Below, in pieces: positions 33,083 to 34,199 of a stretch of 34,199 bases of DNA (position 1 is the first letter of the stretch; each line of letters starts with the position of its first letter). A program made the position numbers and the translations under genes. The notes under the pieces were generated by a model, which worked only from the letters and a program-made list of their open reading frames with translations, had not been told where the DNA came from and ran no database searches. The DNA is from a virus (taxonomy: Duplodnaviria > Caudoviricetes). The stretch spans positions 1 to 34,199 of the IMG/VR virus record IMGVR_UViG_3300013118_000245, one strand, 5' to 3'.

Positions 33083-33777
33083 TATTTCGCCCCCTCCAGG
33101 TCTTGGTCTATCGCTTCCCTAGCCAGCCTCTCACTCTCATCGTTCGTCAGAGGCTCCAGATCGGGCCGTGCTGGACGTTCGTACTTGAGTAGGTGTTCCT
33201 TTATGGGGGATACGTCGCGTGCCGTGACGGGCCACCTGTTGAGCCTCCCGCATTCCTTCCGCAGATTCGCCCCCCTCTCGGCGGCGATATCCTCAAGCAT
33301 TCCGACTTGCTTTTGCGAAGCAGATTTGGACGGGGAAAGATCTCCCCTCTTCCCTCTTTTTCTTTCTCTTTCTCTGGTCTTATCTTCCTCTCTCTCTCCC
33401 TCTCTCTCTAGTGGTGCAGTTTTTTGTGCATGAATTTGTGCGCGGTTTTGTGCATCAGCTGATTTGCTGGCGGCCCTGCAATCTTTGAATGATTCGTAAA
33501 CCTCTATCCACCTTCCGCTTATGAGCGGAGAGAAGTCTATATGCCCGTCTAGCTCAAGGTCATTTGAAAGAATCTCGCCCTCTAGCGGCATGATGTTGTC
33601 GCGCTCTGACGCCAAGAGCCAGATCGACGCTAGTTGTCCGCGCTGCTCGGCGGTCAAATCAAACCAATTCCTGTCGTCCTCGCCGTGGATAAGCCATGTG
33701 TACAACTTGATCCAGGGCGGCGTCCTGCCGGAGTATCTTTGGAACTTACGCCAATTGCGGATGCGGAAGTACCTCAC
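33064..33777 (-). CDS. Replication initiator / replisome organiser
   Basis: IRNWRKFQRY...PPWIKLY N-terminus, low-complexity EREGEREED linker, internal direct repeats. Confidence 0.75.
   Translation of the reverse strand: MRYFRIRNWRKFQRYSGRTPPWIKLYTWLIHGEDDRNWFDLTAEQRGQLASIWLLASERDNIMPLEGEILSNDLELDGHIDFSPLISGRWIEVYESFKDCRAASKSADAQNRAQIHAQKTAPLEREGEREEDKTRERERKRGKRGDLSPSKSASQKQVGMLEDIAAERGANLRKECGRLNRWPVTARDVSPIKEHLLKYERPARPDLEPLTNDESERLAREAIDQDLEGAKYWTGRK
33411..33453. repeat. Iteron-like repeats with 12 bp period (candidate origin)
   Basis: TTTGTGC at 33423, 33435 and 33447, plus GTGGTGC at 33411, next to a long polypyrimidine tract (~33341-33409). Confidence 0.5.
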
Positions 33778-34019
33778 TTCGCCCCCTCGATCAGCTTTTC
33801 GAGAAATTCCCTGGTCTCATCGTCGGACCTCATTAGGGCCACGTAGTCCGACAGGGCCAGCAAGCACCCCGACGCCTTCTCGTGATCTGACAGCCCCCCT
33901 AGCGATGCGTGTGCGTGTATCAGATCGCGCAGACCCCTGACTTTGTACGGCCTCCCCTCACAAGCAACCCTGATTTTCTCTGCGGCCCGATTTAGTTTTC
34001 CGGCGAATGACAATAGCAT
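33774..34019 (-). CDS. Hypothetical protein (MLLSFAGKLNRAAEK...)
   Basis: AGGAG RBS, TGATG coupling upstream, GTGA coupling to the initiator. Confidence 0.6.
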   Translation of the reverse strand: MLLSFAGKLNRAAEKIRVACEGRPYKVRGLRDLIHAHASLGGLSDHEKASGCLLALSDYVALMRSDDETREFLEKLIEGAK

Positions 34020-34199
34020 CACAGTTCTCCTAGGATTTCGAGAAGCCGCCGCCCCTGCCGTTTGCGCTCGGCGTCCAGTGCGGCGGCCCATGCGGCGTCC
34101 CCTGCGGCGTCCCATGCGGCGTCCCGTGCGGCGGCCCATGCGGCGGCCCGTGCGGCGTCCCGTGCGGCGTCCCGTGCGGCGTCCCCTGCGGCGGCCCCT
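34019..34199 (-). CDS. C-terminus of an Ala-rich 'AAWDAA/AARDAA' repeat protein (5'-truncated)
   Basis: Frame reads GAAAGDAARDAARDAARAAAWAAARDAAWDAAGDAAWAAALDAERKRQGRRLLEILGEL*. Confidence 0.75.
   Translation of the reverse strand, partial: GAAAGDAARDAARDAARAAAWAAARDAAWDAAGDAAWAAALDAERKRQGRRLLEILGEL
34070..34199. repeat. 12-bp coding tandem repeat (~10 copies)
   Basis: TGCGGCG(T/G)CCC(G/A/C) units. Confidence 0.9.

Noticed and set aside
33774-34139. Protamine-like MGRRTGRRMGRR N-terminus in the ORF track
   Set aside because: Alternative-frame reading of the 12-bp repeat; the Ala-rich frame has a proper stop coupled to ATG 34019
34070-34199. Tandem repeat as a CRISPR array
   Set aside because: 12-bp units with no spacers; in-frame coding repeat
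1-34199. Stop-codon reassignment, tRNA genes, diversity-generating retroelement, integrase
   Set aside because: Core genes are intact in the standard code and TAA, TAG and TGA all act as stops; no cloverleaf, reverse transcriptase, template/variable repeat pair or recombinase motif was seen

Overview
The window is a ~34 kb piece of a tailed dsDNA phage genome with podovirus-like organisation: no tape measure or tail tube, but adaptor, nozzle and ejection proteins are present. A + strand late operon (2092-25351) encodes TerS, TerL, portal, scaffold, major capsid, decoration protein, two adaptor paralogs, a double beta-helix tailspike, nozzle, three ejection proteins and a lysis cassette. It converges on a - strand arm (25635-34199) with an intein-containing metallophosphoesterase, a C5 DNA methyltransferase, a sigma-70 factor, a RuvC-like resolvase and a replication initiator. 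Small leftward genes with sigma70 promoters lie at the left end. No integrase, tRNA or CRISPR array was seen. The most unusual signal is that several morphogenesis-operon proteins, including the tailspike, carry Sec-type signal peptides and many D-[S/T]-[A/I/L/V/M/T] motifs, suggesting exported and possibly host-glycosylated virion or surface components. Other notable items are a methyltransferase apparently written in two overlapping frames, a mosaic of operator-like motifs at the convergence point, a SAR-like micro-ORF in front of the endolysin, an attC-like hairpin, and twin hairpins with anti-Shine-Dalgarno loops. All assignments come from motif recognition by eye; no database search was run.
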